From Clostridia bacterium (GTDB lineage: Bacteria; Acidobacteriota; Terriglobia; Terriglobales; Acidobacteriaceae): 64,000 nucleotides of DNA. Below, in pieces: positions 27,419 to 36,414 of the stretch. Position numbers and translations under genes: made by a program. The stretch is from positions 75,886 to 139,885 of the forward strand of contig DATMYA010000023.1 of NCBI GenBank assembly GCA_035561135.1, given 5' to 3'. The notes under the pieces were generated by a model that was not told where the DNA came from, did not search any database, and saw only the letters and a program-made list of their open reading frames with translations. The first letter of the stretch is position 1; the number at the start of each line of letters is the position of its first letter.

Positions 27419-28759
27419 TCACCTCTCCATCGCTGCTTCGATCTCATCCGCCGTGTGCGGCAGATCGGCCGTCAAGTTCACAAGCTTGCCGTCCGGACCA
27501 ACGAGAACGATATTTTCAATGCGCACGCCAAGCTTTTCTTCCGGGATGTAGATGCCCGGCTCGATGGTGAACACCATTCCTGTCGACAAGGGCCCGCGAC
27601 CCGGGTCATGCACTTCCAGTCCGACGTTGTGCCCCAGGCCATGTATGAAGTATTTGCCAAGAGGCTGCCCGTGTAGATCCTTGCCGTGCGTGTTGATGTA
27701 GTCGTATGCAGTCTTGTAGAGCGATTCCGGGCTGTTGCCGGTCAGAACGGATTTGCCGGCCACGAACGCGTCCATCACGGCGCGCTGCGCGCCCAGTACG
27801 ATGTCGTAGATCTCGCGCTGACGGGGTGTGAACTTGCCGTTCGCAGGTGCAGTACGCGTGATGTCCGAGGCGTACATGGAATACTCGCCCGCCACGTCCA
27901 TGACGACGAGATCGCCATCGTCGATCGTCTTCGAATTGTCGGCGTAGTGCAGCACCGTGGAGTTGATTCCGGACCCCACGATGGGAGCATAGGCCGGGCG
28001 CTCGCATCCACGTTTCATGAACTCGTACTGCATCAGCCCAGAAATCTGTAGCTCGGTAACGCCGGGCTTGATTGCCTTCAACGCCGCCAGGTGCGCGGCC
28101 TTCGAAGCCTCGGTCGCCTTGCGAATGCGCTCCTGCTCTCCGGCGTCCTTGACGGCACGCATCTCCGCGAGCAGGGCCTTGACGTCCTGCACGGAGCCGT
28201 AGTTCGGGAACGTGTTCGCCCTGCGCAGCCATTCCAAGGGAATTGTCGCTGGCGAGTTTTCACCCGCCTCCGCCAGGTCGGTCAGCACCAGCGCACGCGG
28301 TTGCGGCAGCACCTTCACCAGTTCGTCGCGCAGTTTGTCGAGGACTTCAACGCGTGCGAAGCCTGCAATCTCGCTGGCGCGCGAGTTCTCCGGACCGAGC
28401 GTCGGCCCAGTCCACTTCTCCTGGGAGACGTTGTGGGCGGGCAGGAAGAGAATCTCCGTGTACGGACGAGCGGGATGCTCAGGCGTAGCGGCCACTTCCG
28501 GCGCGATGACCAGCGCGGCACCGGGCTCGGCCCATCCCGACAGGTAGAAAAAGTTATTGTCCTGGCGGAAGCCGTGCAGCGAGCCCTCAGACTCAGTTGC
28601 GGCGAACATCAACACCACTGCGCCTTTTGTCCTGCTCGCCAGCGCCATGCGCCGCGCGCGGTAATCGGAATTCGGCTGTCGGTCCAGCGCAAGCGTGGTG
28701 GTCGACATCAGCACAATGAGTGCAAACACAGAAAGTGAATATCGTTTTCGGATAGGCAT
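27419..28759 (-). CDS. pepP: secreted Xaa-Pro aminopeptidase (M24B, aminopeptidase P)
   Basis: Signal peptide MPIRKRYSLSVFALIVLMSTTTLA. DGDLVVMDVAGEYSMYASDITRT, HGLGHNVGLEVHD, FTIEPGIY and IENIVLV are the M24B metal ligand motifs. Confidence 0.85.
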   Translation of the reverse strand: MPIRKRYSLSVFALIVLMSTTTLALDRQPNSDYRARRMALASRTKGAVVLMFAATESEGSLHGFRQDNNFFYLSGWAEPGAALVIAPEVAATPEHPARPYTEILFLPAHNVSQEKWTGPTLGPENSRASEIAGFARVEVLDKLRDELVKVLPQPRALVLTDLAEAGENSPATIPLEWLRRANTFPNYGSVQDVKALLAEMRAVKDAGEQERIRKATEASKAAHLAALKAIKPGVTELQISGLMQYEFMKRGCERPAYAPIVGSGINSTVLHYADNSKTIDDGDLVVMDVAGEYSMYASDITRTAPANGKFTPRQREIYDIVLGAQRAVMDAFVAGKSVLTGNSPESLYKTAYDYINTHGKDLHGQPLGKYFIHGLGHNVGLEVHDPGRGPLSTGMVFTIEPGIYIPEEKLGVRIENIVLVGPDGKLVNLTADLPHTADEIEAAMER

Positions 28760-28837
28760 GGAATGCTCCACACGTTGGACGGCGCGGAGTGCGAATCGTA
28801 ACAATCTGCGCGCTCTCAATTCCACGTGTTTTCAACG

Positions 28838-29359
28838 CTAGTCCTGCGTCTCGGCCCGGGCCTTTAGCGCGTTGTTCATCTCGCGATAGCCGCGCGCGTT
28901 ATCGACAAGCGCGATGTTCTTCCACATTGGCACAACGAGGATTCCACTGAAGCGCTCGCTCTGCGTCAGGCGAGTGTGCGTGGCGTCCAGAGCCTCTAGC
29001 TCGAACCGCTGCTCCCGGTCGAGGATTCCTGGCAGCACCACACGTCGCGTCCAGCGCATCTGCCGGTTCGCCTGCACAACGCGGATCCGCGCGGTGTAAC
29101 TGACGGCGTTGGAATCCTGCCCGAGCGTAATCCGAACCTTCTCTCCTTGGCGCGCCTGCCCTTCTACGCGCATATAGGGATTCCAATACGGATACGAATT
29201 GAAATCCGTCAGAAGCTGCCAGACACGATCGGCGGGCGCATTGATTTCAGTGGAGGCGAGGAAGGATCGAACCTGGTGGTAGGGACTAAACCACCAGATC
29301 CCATAGACAAGCGCGAACATCAACAGCACCAGGGCAAGCCGAATGATGACTTTGCGCAT
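28838..29359 (-). CDS. SRPBCC-superfamily (polyketide cyclase/START-like) protein with an N-terminal TM anchor
   Basis: INAPADRVWQLLTDFNSYPYWNPYM is typical of SRPBCC proteins. There is a hydrophobic N-terminus. Confidence 0.7.
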   Translation of the reverse strand: MRKVIIRLALVLLMFALVYGIWWFSPYHQVRSFLASTEINAPADRVWQLLTDFNSYPYWNPYMRVEGQARQGEKVRITLGQDSNAVSYTARIRVVQANRQMRWTRRVVLPGILDREQRFELEALDATHTRLTQSERFSGILVVPMWKNIALVDNARGYREMNNALKARAETQD

Positions 29360-29418
29360 GAGGTTCCAGGTACGAAGTCAAATTGACAAATTAAAAACCC
29401 AATCGCATGAAGATTGCC

Positions 29419-31110
29419 CTACACGCCCACCGGGAACGGCTTCACGTGCTCTTCCGAACTCGGCACAGCGCGTCCCATCAGCGTATCGAACCTGCCTTGC
29501 AACAGCGACATCAATCCCGTGTACCAGTATCCAAGCACAAACAACAGGAGAAACGGCACCGTGATGTAGTTCTCGTTCGAAATGGCGTACCAGCACGCGG
29601 CTGCAAAGTACGTTCCGATCAACAGTTCGATCCACGGTATCAGTCCCAGGCGCTTACGATACTTTTTCGCGGCAGCGCTCGTCTGTCCTTTTGCTTGCAC
29701 GCGGTATTTTGGCGTGCGCGCAAACGCCGTCTGGTGGCCCATCAGAGCCTCCAACACAGCCTTAGAATTTGTGATGGTCAGACCGATGCCGAGCGCCATG
29801 AGGAACGGCAGATAGAGGAATGTTTTGTACCACCTACCGGGAAAAAGTTCTTTCTGCGAAACCAGGTAGAAGCTGGAGATGGAGAACGTCGATGCCATGA
29901 ACAGCGGCAGATCGATGTACAGCATCTGGAACCAGCCCTGGTAGAAGCGGATGATCATCGCGGGCAGGAGCAGTACGCTGAGAATGATCATCAGTGGATA
30001 GCTCAGGTTTGCCGTCAGGTGATACCAGGCTTCCACCTTCTCGCGCTTCGAAACCGGCGAGTTCAGCACCTTCGGTAAATCTTTGATCGCGCACTGGATG
30101 AGGCCCTTCGCCCAGCGTGCCTGCTGAGTTTTGAAGGCTGTCATCTCGATCGGCAGCTCCGCCGGACACTCCACGTCTTGCAGATACTTAAAGCGCCAGC
30201 CCTTCAGTTGTGAGCGATAGCTGAGATCGGTGTCTTCCGTCAGCGTATCGTGCTCCCAGCCGCCAGCGTCGTCGATTGCCTGCTTGCGCCACATTCCGGC
30301 CGTGCCGTTGAAATTGAAGAACACACCCTTGCGCGAGCGTCCGCCATGTTCGAGCACAAAGTGACCGTCAAGCAGAATAGCTTCCACGTTCGTCAGGAAC
30401 GAGTAGTCGCGGTTCAGGTGTGTCCAGCGCGTCTGCACCATTCCGATGTTGGGCTCGGCAAAGTGGTGAATCACGCGCATGATCCAGTCGGCTGGCGGCG
30501 TGAAGTCCGCGTCGAAGATGGCGACGAACTCGCCTTTAGATGTTTTCAATCCATTATCGAGTGCGCCCGCTTTGTAGCCATAGCGATCCGTACGGTGGAT
30601 GTACACGATCGGGTGCCCCATCGCCGCGTAGCGTTCGACCACGTCGCGCGCCACCTCAACCGTCTCGTCCGTCGAGTCGTCCAGCACCTGTATCTCAAGC
30701 CGGTCGCGGGGATACTCCATTTTGCAGATGGAGTCCACAAGGCGGTCCACCACGAACTGCTCGTTGAAGATCGGCAGTTGAATGGTGACGCGCGGCAACT
30801 CAGCGAAGCGGCTTGGCGGCTCCGTCGCTTTCTTCTTGCGATTGCGGTAGTACATCCAGACGAGCTGGTACCGATGGAATCCGTATGCCGCAAGAATAAT
30901 CAGGACGATGAAGTACGGAATCAGCAATGCCAGGTCAAAACCATTCGCCTGGTATAGCCCCTTGAAACTCTGATTCGTTTGCCTGTTCAAAAATTGCACA
31001 AACGCGTTTTGACGCGGCTGTAAGAGCGCGAAGGCGAAGGACATCCAGCAGGAAAGCAGAAGAATACTCCAGCCGAGCAGAATAAACGGGCAAACCGCCA
31101 CCCAAAACAA
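29419..31110 (-). CDS. membrane-embedded processive family-2 glycosyltransferase (cellulose-synthase-like)
   Basis: LDDSTD, FDADF, LTEDTDLS and QQARWAKG (QxxRW) are present, with N- and C-terminal TM helices. There is no PilZ domain. The start is uncertain (TTG at 31110, ATG at 31044). Confidence 0.8.
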   Translation of the reverse strand: MFWVAVCPFILLGWSILLLSCWMSFAFALLQPRQNAFVQFLNRQTNQSFKGLYQANGFDLALLIPYFIVLIILAAYGFHRYQLVWMYYRNRKKKATEPPSRFAELPRVTIQLPIFNEQFVVDRLVDSICKMEYPRDRLEIQVLDDSTDETVEVARDVVERYAAMGHPIVYIHRTDRYGYKAGALDNGLKTSKGEFVAIFDADFTPPADWIMRVIHHFAEPNIGMVQTRWTHLNRDYSFLTNVEAILLDGHFVLEHGGRSRKGVFFNFNGTAGMWRKQAIDDAGGWEHDTLTEDTDLSYRSQLKGWRFKYLQDVECPAELPIEMTAFKTQQARWAKGLIQCAIKDLPKVLNSPVSKREKVEAWYHLTANLSYPLMIILSVLLLPAMIIRFYQGWFQMLYIDLPLFMASTFSISSFYLVSQKELFPGRWYKTFLYLPFLMALGIGLTITNSKAVLEALMGHQTAFARTPKYRVQAKGQTSAAAKKYRKRLGLIPWIELLIGTYFAAACWYAISNENYITVPFLLLFVLGYWYTGLMSLLQGRFDTLMGRAVPSSEEHVKPFPVGV

Positions 31111-31233
31111 TTGATTGTACCCGATAGAGGCTGGCGCACCGACAGAATCCTAGGCGAGCCGGCTTGGGCTTACACTGGAAGTGGCGATTTAAGATCGAGA
31201 GAATCTGAGGGTGTCGCGGTTGCCATGTGTTCG

Positions 31234-31485
31234 CTAGCGCGGGGCCTCGAACACGGTCAGCACGATGTAGCCGAGCAGCGCATAGAAAATCGCGTTGGCC
31301 GCGAATATGTACTCGGTCGCATTCACGCTGCGGCGAATGGCTTCTGGCAAGGCGTTCCTCACAACCCACGCTCCGGGGATGGTGAGTGTCTCCAGCATGT
31401 CCGGCAAACTGATTACCTGGGCAGCGTACCCGAGCGTGAACGTCACGCCTATGCCGATCAAGACGGACAGCAGCAGCTTTTGCAC
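31234..31485 (-). CDS. small two-TM membrane protein (hypothetical)
   Basis: The frame has high GC3 (about 85% by hand count). Two hydrophobic helices are present (LLLSVLIGIGVTFTLGYAAQVI; YIFAANAIFYALLGYIVLTVF). A GTG at 31485 follows GAAGG, and the frame is open up to the GTG at 31542. Confidence 0.45.
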   Translation of the reverse strand: MQKLLLSVLIGIGVTFTLGYAAQVISLPDMLETLTIPGAWVVRNALPEAIRRSVNATEYIFAANAIFYALLGYIVLTVFEAPR

Positions 31486-31544
31486 GGTAGACCTTCGTGC
31501 GAACCCGATTTGATCACCGGGTGAGGCATGCGGCAGTCTCACAT

Positions 31545-32591
31545 CTAGTTCAAAAAATATTTCGTGTACAGCGTGTCTCTTTGAGCCGGACGGAACCCCG
31601 CATCTCGAATGATGCGTCTAAGTTCCTCCTCGGTTGTACAGTTCGTTACTCCAGCCGAACGAACCACGTTTTCTTCGATCATGACCGAGCCAACGTCATT
31701 GCCACCAAAGTGGAGTCCCATCTGGCAAACCTTCAGCCCCTGCGTCACCCAGCTGGCTTGCACATTGGGAAAATTCGACAGGAAAACACGGGAGATCGCC
31801 AATGTTTTCAAGTACTCGACGGCAGTAGCCTCATCCCAGCCGCGTCCACCCAACGCCGTGTGCTTGGGCTGGAACGACCAGGGGATGAATGCCGTAAACC
31901 CACCGGTTTCTTCCTGCAGGTTGTAGATGTGCTGGAAGTGGTTGATGCGGTGCTCGAATGTCTCGCCGACCCCGAACATCATCGTCGCTGTCGTTTTCAT
32001 GCCCAGTTTGTGGGCCGTGCGATGCACAAGCATCCAGTCTTCGGTCAGGCACTTCAGCCGCGCCACCTTCTGCCGCACTTCGTCGTCAAGAATCTCGGCA
32101 CCGCCGCCAGGGATCGACTCCAACCCAGCATCGCGCAGACGCCGGATCGTGTCCTCGACGCTCAATGCACTGTATTCGGCAATAGCAAGGATCTCCGACG
32201 CTGAAAAGCAATGCAGGTGTACCTGCGGAAAGCGCTGCTTGATGCCGCTCAACATCCGCTCGAAGTAGTCGATCTTCAGATCGGGGTGCAGTCCGCCCTG
32301 CATCAGCACGCCGGTACCACCCAACTCGACCGTCTCGCGCACCTTTTCGTAAATGGTATCGAAATCGAGAATGTATCCCTCGTCCGCGAGCTTTCCCTTC
32401 AGAGGACGATAGAAGGCGCAAAACGAGCAGTACTCGGTGCAGTAGTTTGTGTAATTAATATTGCGGTCGATGATGTAGCTGACCACGCCTTCCGGATGGA
32501 GACGGCGGCGCACGGCATCAGCTTCCATCCCGATGCCAATCAGGTCATCGGAACGAAACATGTCAAGAGCTTGTTCTTTCGTTAGCGGCAT
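31545..32591 (-). CDS. mqnC: radical SAM enzyme of the futalosine pathway, most like cyclic dehypoxanthinyl futalosine synthase
   Basis: INYTNYCTEYCSFCAFYR carries the CxxxCxxC cluster motif. The C-terminal MIEENVVRSAG resembles MqnC as I remember it. MqnE cannot be excluded without an HMM. Confidence 0.7.
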   Translation of the reverse strand: MPLTKEQALDMFRSDDLIGIGMEADAVRRRLHPEGVVSYIIDRNINYTNYCTEYCSFCAFYRPLKGKLADEGYILDFDTIYEKVRETVELGGTGVLMQGGLHPDLKIDYFERMLSGIKQRFPQVHLHCFSASEILAIAEYSALSVEDTIRRLRDAGLESIPGGGAEILDDEVRQKVARLKCLTEDWMLVHRTAHKLGMKTTATMMFGVGETFEHRINHFQHIYNLQEETGGFTAFIPWSFQPKHTALGGRGWDEATAVEYLKTLAISRVFLSNFPNVQASWVTQGLKVCQMGLHFGGNDVGSVMIEENVVRSAGVTNCTTEEELRRIIRDAGFRPAQRDTLYTKYFLN

Positions 32592-32700
32592 GGCCTCACT
32601 AGACGGGCCTTACGAGGCGCGAAGGAACCGTCACACTTCCAAGTGAACGATTGTAATCGCGAATCAACCCCCAATCCAAGTTCGCGTCGGATGAATGCCA

Positions 32701-32730
32701 CAAAGAACAGGGCGGCACGTAGCCGCCCTG
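32701..32730 (-). terminator. intrinsic terminator after the ComEA-like gene
   Basis: CAGGGCGGC-acgta-GCCGCCCTG. On the minus strand it is followed by TTCTTTGT. Confidence 0.65.
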
Positions 32731-32743
32731 CGTAACCGGTCCA

Positions 32744-33208
32744 TTAGGGTTTCTTTTCGCCTGGCATGGGAGACTTTGATTTCGTGGCCTTTGCGGTAGT
32801 CTTCGGACCGTGCTTCGCCACGATTTGATCTTTGATCGAATCGTACGTGCTCTGCGGGACGATGCTCTTCGTTACCAGATCGGTCTTTGCACGATACGGA
32901 CGGCCGTCAATGATCTTCTTCGAATAAGCTTCGCCGACACCGGGCAGAGCGTCGAGTTGTTCCTTAGTCGCGGTGTTGATGTCCAGCTTTTCGCTCTTTC
33001 CGGACGTTTTGCCGGCGGCGTGCTTGGCGGTGTCGGCAGTCGCGCCGGCAGCATCCTTCGTCGATTCGGCGGCCTCATTTTGCGCCTTCTTCGCCTGGTG
33101 CTCGGCCTTCGTGCTTGTTGTCGATGTCTGGCTGGTTTGCGCTGTCGCAGGCAGTATGAAAACGGCGAACGCCAGCAGTGTTCCCAGTGCGAGTTTCTGT
33201 AGGTTCAT
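32744..33208 (-). CDS. secreted helix-hairpin-helix DNA-binding protein (ComEA-like)
   Basis: Signal peptide, a low-complexity T/S/K/A region, then [31 protein letters not shown], the ComEA HhH motif. Confidence 0.75.
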   Translation of the reverse strand: MNLQKLALGTLLAFAVFILPATAQTSQTSTTSTKAEHQAKKAQNEAAESTKDAAGATADTAKHAAGKTSGKSEKLDINTATKEQLDALPGVGEAYSKKIIDGRPYRAKTDLVTKSIVPQSTYDSIKDQIVAKHGPKTTAKATKSKSPMPGEKKP

Positions 33209-33212
33209 CGGT

Positions 33213-33926
33213 TTAACTCCTCTTTTGTTTGGGATGCTCGGCCAGAGGAACTCGTGTTACGAAATCCGTGTTGCGCAATCTATTCAGTTCGTCATCCGGC
33301 AGCGCTGATGCTGCTTGTTCCCTGCGCCGCCGCCGATGCCGCAAGTACAGTAGAAGCCCGGTGACTCCGCCCACTACCGCGAGTCCGACAAGCGTCCACA
33401 GTGCAGGCTTGTAGTACTTTCCGAAGAAACTGAAGATGTGCCGCCCGTAATGCGCAGCTACCCACGCTACCAGCGTGAAGCGCAACAACCGGCCCGTAGT
33501 AAGCGCCGTCAGAAATTTGTGTCGCGGATATTGCAACGCACCGGCAGTTGCCAGAAACGGCACCATTGGTACCGGCGGCGGCGCTATCGCGCCAAGGAAC
33601 ACGGACCAGAATCCCCAGCGCTCAAACACGCGGTAAGCACGCTCCGCCTGCTTCCGCTTGAACTTCTTCTCGACAGCTTCCTTGCCTCCCTTGCGTGCAA
33701 TCCGGTAAGTGACGTAGCCGCCGAGGACGGAACCTGCCGTTGCCATCAGCGCGTAATACCACCAAAGATCACGCCGGGCTGCACTCAGCACAATTGTGAG
33801 TGCGTCCATGCTGCCCGGAAGGGGAACGACGGAACTATCGAGCAAACCGAGAATAATGAATGCAAAGCCACCAAGTTTCTGGACCAGTTTCCAGCCTGAT
33901 AGCCACGCCAGCAAAGAGAAAGACAT
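33213..33926 (-). CDS. DedA/YqaA-family (SNARE-associated) membrane protein
   Basis: [49 protein letters not shown] fits the YqaA/DedA pattern. The protein is polytopic. Confidence 0.7.
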   Translation of the reverse strand: MSFSLLAWLSGWKLVQKLGGFAFIILGLLDSSVVPLPGSMDALTIVLSAARRDLWWYYALMATAGSVLGGYVTYRIARKGGKEAVEKKFKRKQAERAYRVFERWGFWSVFLGAIAPPPVPMVPFLATAGALQYPRHKFLTALTTGRLLRFTLVAWVAAHYGRHIFSFFGKYYKPALWTLVGLAVVGGVTGLLLYLRHRRRRREQAASALPDDELNRLRNTDFVTRVPLAEHPKQKRS

Positions 33927-34060
33927 AGAGGAACGAAAGCTCTTCCTCTTAGAAGCAAATTCTTGATAAAGGGTTCTGCTCCTGGAGATTTATGCAGAGT
34001 AGAAAGAGGGCTGGTTGGAAATGAGGATGTGATAAACAATCTGATCTTACAGGACTTGCT

Positions 34061-34882
34061 TCACAGCAATCTGAAATCCGGCACCCGGTCAATCACTCCG
34101 CATTCAGCCGCATAGTGGAAATACAGTTTCATACCTTCGGTGCAATCCTCGTCGAGATAGTAGTGGATGCTCTCCGTAAGGTAGCTCTCGATCGATGCCC
34201 GCGACAAACCGAGCCGGCTCGACCACTCTTCCGCCGTCGTGCGAACGTTCTCGCGCTGAAGGCCGTGGTCGCGGGAGCGCTGGAAGATTTTCGCAAGCGG
34301 AAGTTGCGCACACATCTCTTGCAGTGCCGCTCTGCGCACCGCCCAGAATGCGAACACGAAGGGTTTCCCCGTTTTCTGGCTCCAGACCTCCGCCAAGTCG
34401 TAAGCGTAGTAACCGGTCGTGCTCGCCATCAGTGCCGGATCGCCAATGAGCAATGCAGCGTCGCAGCGTTCGAGCATCGGCCCGAGTTTTGGTTCCATAG
34501 GAAACATCTCGCGCCGCCCGCCGAACCAGTTTGTTAGCAGCACCTGCGTCAATGCTACAGAGGTTCGCGATGACGTATCGATCGCGACCGTCGTGATTTG
34601 CTCGATCGGCACTTTGCTGATCAGCAGAATCGAGCGAACCGGGCCCTTTGCCGCGATAGCAATGTCAGGAATGATCACCAGATCGGGTATCTGCGCGTAC
34701 GTTATTACCGGAACGATGCCGATATCTGCTGAGCCCTCCTGCAGAGCGCGCGCACAGGCCGACGGCACCGTGTACTGCACTTCGAAATTGTTGCTCAGTT
34801 CCGGCGAGGGCTCGTGCTCGAAGTCCCACATGAGCGGAGCCGTATTCAAAAACGAGATGGCGGAGATACGAAGAGAGCGCAT
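34061..34882 (-). CDS. mqnA: chorismate dehydratase (futalosine pathway)
   Basis: MRSLRISAISFLNTAPLMWDF matches the MqnA N-terminal (R/K)IGxISYLNxxPL pattern. The fold is PBP-like. Confidence 0.8.
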   Translation of the reverse strand: MRSLRISAISFLNTAPLMWDFEHEPSPELSNNFEVQYTVPSACARALQEGSADIGIVPVITYAQIPDLVIIPDIAIAAKGPVRSILLISKVPIEQITTVAIDTSSRTSVALTQVLLTNWFGGRREMFPMEPKLGPMLERCDAALLIGDPALMASTTGYYAYDLAEVWSQKTGKPFVFAFWAVRRAALQEMCAQLPLAKIFQRSRDHGLQRENVRTTAEEWSSRLGLSRASIESYLTESIHYYLDEDCTEGMKLYFHYAAECGVIDRVPDFRLL

Positions 34883-34951
34883 GAGAAGTTTTTAAGATGA
34901 ATCCCGCAACAACTTACCTTCAGATTCTACACGCAATCGCCGACGGCATCC

Positions 34952-34981
34952 TTGACAACGTTTTTATGCGGCGTGTACAGT
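34952..34981 (+). promoter_or_regulatory. candidate sigma70-type promoter for dprA
   Basis: TTGACA (34952-34957), an 18-nt spacer, then TACAGT (34976-34981), 25 nt upstream of the dprA ATG. Based on sequence match only. Confidence 0.35.
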
Positions 34982-35006
34982 CCGCACTTCCTCGGAGAAT
35001 CAGAAG

Positions 35007-36182
35007 ATGTCCTCGGCCCCGTCCTCCTTAGACGTATCTGCACTCGATCTGCAGTGGTTGGCGCTGTCACTCACTCCATCGCTCGGCCCCACGCGCTCCA
35101 GACGTTTGCTGGAACGCTTCGGAGCGATTGACCAGATTTTTCGCGCCTCGCTCACTGAACTCGAAGCCGCCGGATTGCAGGCCGTCGCTGCGCAGGCCAT
35201 CGCGCTGGGCGAGTCCGTGCGCGCCGCCGAATCGGAAGTGGCAAAAGCAGCTGCCGCAGGCGCGCGCGTCCTGACCCCTGCATCGCCGGAGTTCCCCCTG
35301 ACCTTGCAGGAGATCTACGATCCTCCACTTGCGCTGTTCGTTACCGGAGCGGTGGAAACACTTACCCGGCCGGGCATTGCCGTGGTCGGAACGCGCCACC
35401 CTACCCCCTACGGGCTGGGGATGGCCGAGCGACTCTCCTGCGACCTTGCGGCCCGTGGGCTCATCATATTTAGTGGAATGGCTCGCGGGGTAGACTCCGC
35501 CGCCCACCGCGGAGCGGTCAACGCGGGCGGCCGGACGGTAGCCGTTTTCGGCACTGGCGTAGACGTTCTCTACCCGCGCGAGAATCGCAAGCTCGCCGAA
35601 CAGATCGTCGCGAACGGCGGGGCTCTCGTCAGCGAATTCCCGATGGGCACGACCCCACAGCCGCACAATTTTCCCATTCGCAATCGCATCATCAGCGGGA
35701 TTTCGTCCGGAGTGCTGGTGGTGGAAGCGGGTGAGTACAGCGGCACGCGTATCACGGCGCGTTGTGCTCTGGAACAATCCCGCGAGGTCTTCGCTGTTCC
35801 TGGAAACGTGACCAACAAACTTTCGTGGGGACCCAACACGCTGATCAAGCAGGGTGCCAAGCTGGTCGCCACCTGGGAAGACGTCTGGGAGGAGTTGCCG
35901 ACGCAGATACGCCTTCTTCTGAAGCCGCCAGCAACAGACGAAGCAGAGCGTTCGGAGGAAACGGTCACCGCACCGCTCTTCGATCAGTCGGCAAACCTGT
36001 CGCCGAACGAGAAGAAGGTATTCGCCGTAATCAAAGCAGATGAATCGATCCACATAGACGAAATCGTAGAGAGATTCGACTCGCAGCTCTCGTCGTCCGA
36101 CATCTTCTCTGCCCTCTTTGAGTTGGAAATGTCCGGTAAAATCCGCCAGATGCCGGGGAAGAACTACGTGCGATGCTTCTGA
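35007..36182 (+). CDS. dprA: DNA-processing protein DprA (Smf)
   Basis: GIAVVGTRHPTPYG, SGMARGVDSAAHRGA, GTGVDVLYPREN and FPIRNRIISG are DprA Rossmann-fold motifs. There is a C-terminal winged-helix-like tail. Confidence 0.9.
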   Translation: MSSAPSSLDVSALDLQWLALSLTPSLGPTRSRRLLERFGAIDQIFRASLTELEAAGLQAVAAQAIALGESVRAAESEVAKAAAAGARVLTPASPEFPLTLQEIYDPPLALFVTGAVETLTRPGIAVVGTRHPTPYGLGMAERLSCDLAARGLIIFSGMARGVDSAAHRGAVNAGGRTVAVFGTGVDVLYPRENRKLAEQIVANGGALVSEFPMGTTPQPHNFPIRNRIISGISSGVLVVEAGEYSGTRITARCALEQSREVFAVPGNVTNKLSWGPNTLIKQGAKLVATWEDVWEELPTQIRLLLKPPATDEAERSEETVTAPLFDQSANLSPNEKKVFAVIKADESIHIDEIVERFDSQLSSSDIFSALFELEMSGKIRQMPGKNYVRCF

Positions 36183-36414
36183 AGCTTCTCAGCTGCTGAG
36201 CTACTACGTAAAAGAATCCTCGGCGCTTGAGGGGCAACTGCGGGAAGTAGGGCGGATGTTGGCCGCCCTGAATCGAATGATCAGACCACCCGTTTCCGTG
36301 CCCCGGCGCCGCAGTTTGTCGGCTCAGTAGATTAGCTGCTATTCAGGTTGCGGGCTTAGCAACTCAGTAGCTACTAACCCCAGTTGGGCATTTTCCGACT
36401 TCCGTGCTAGTTTC

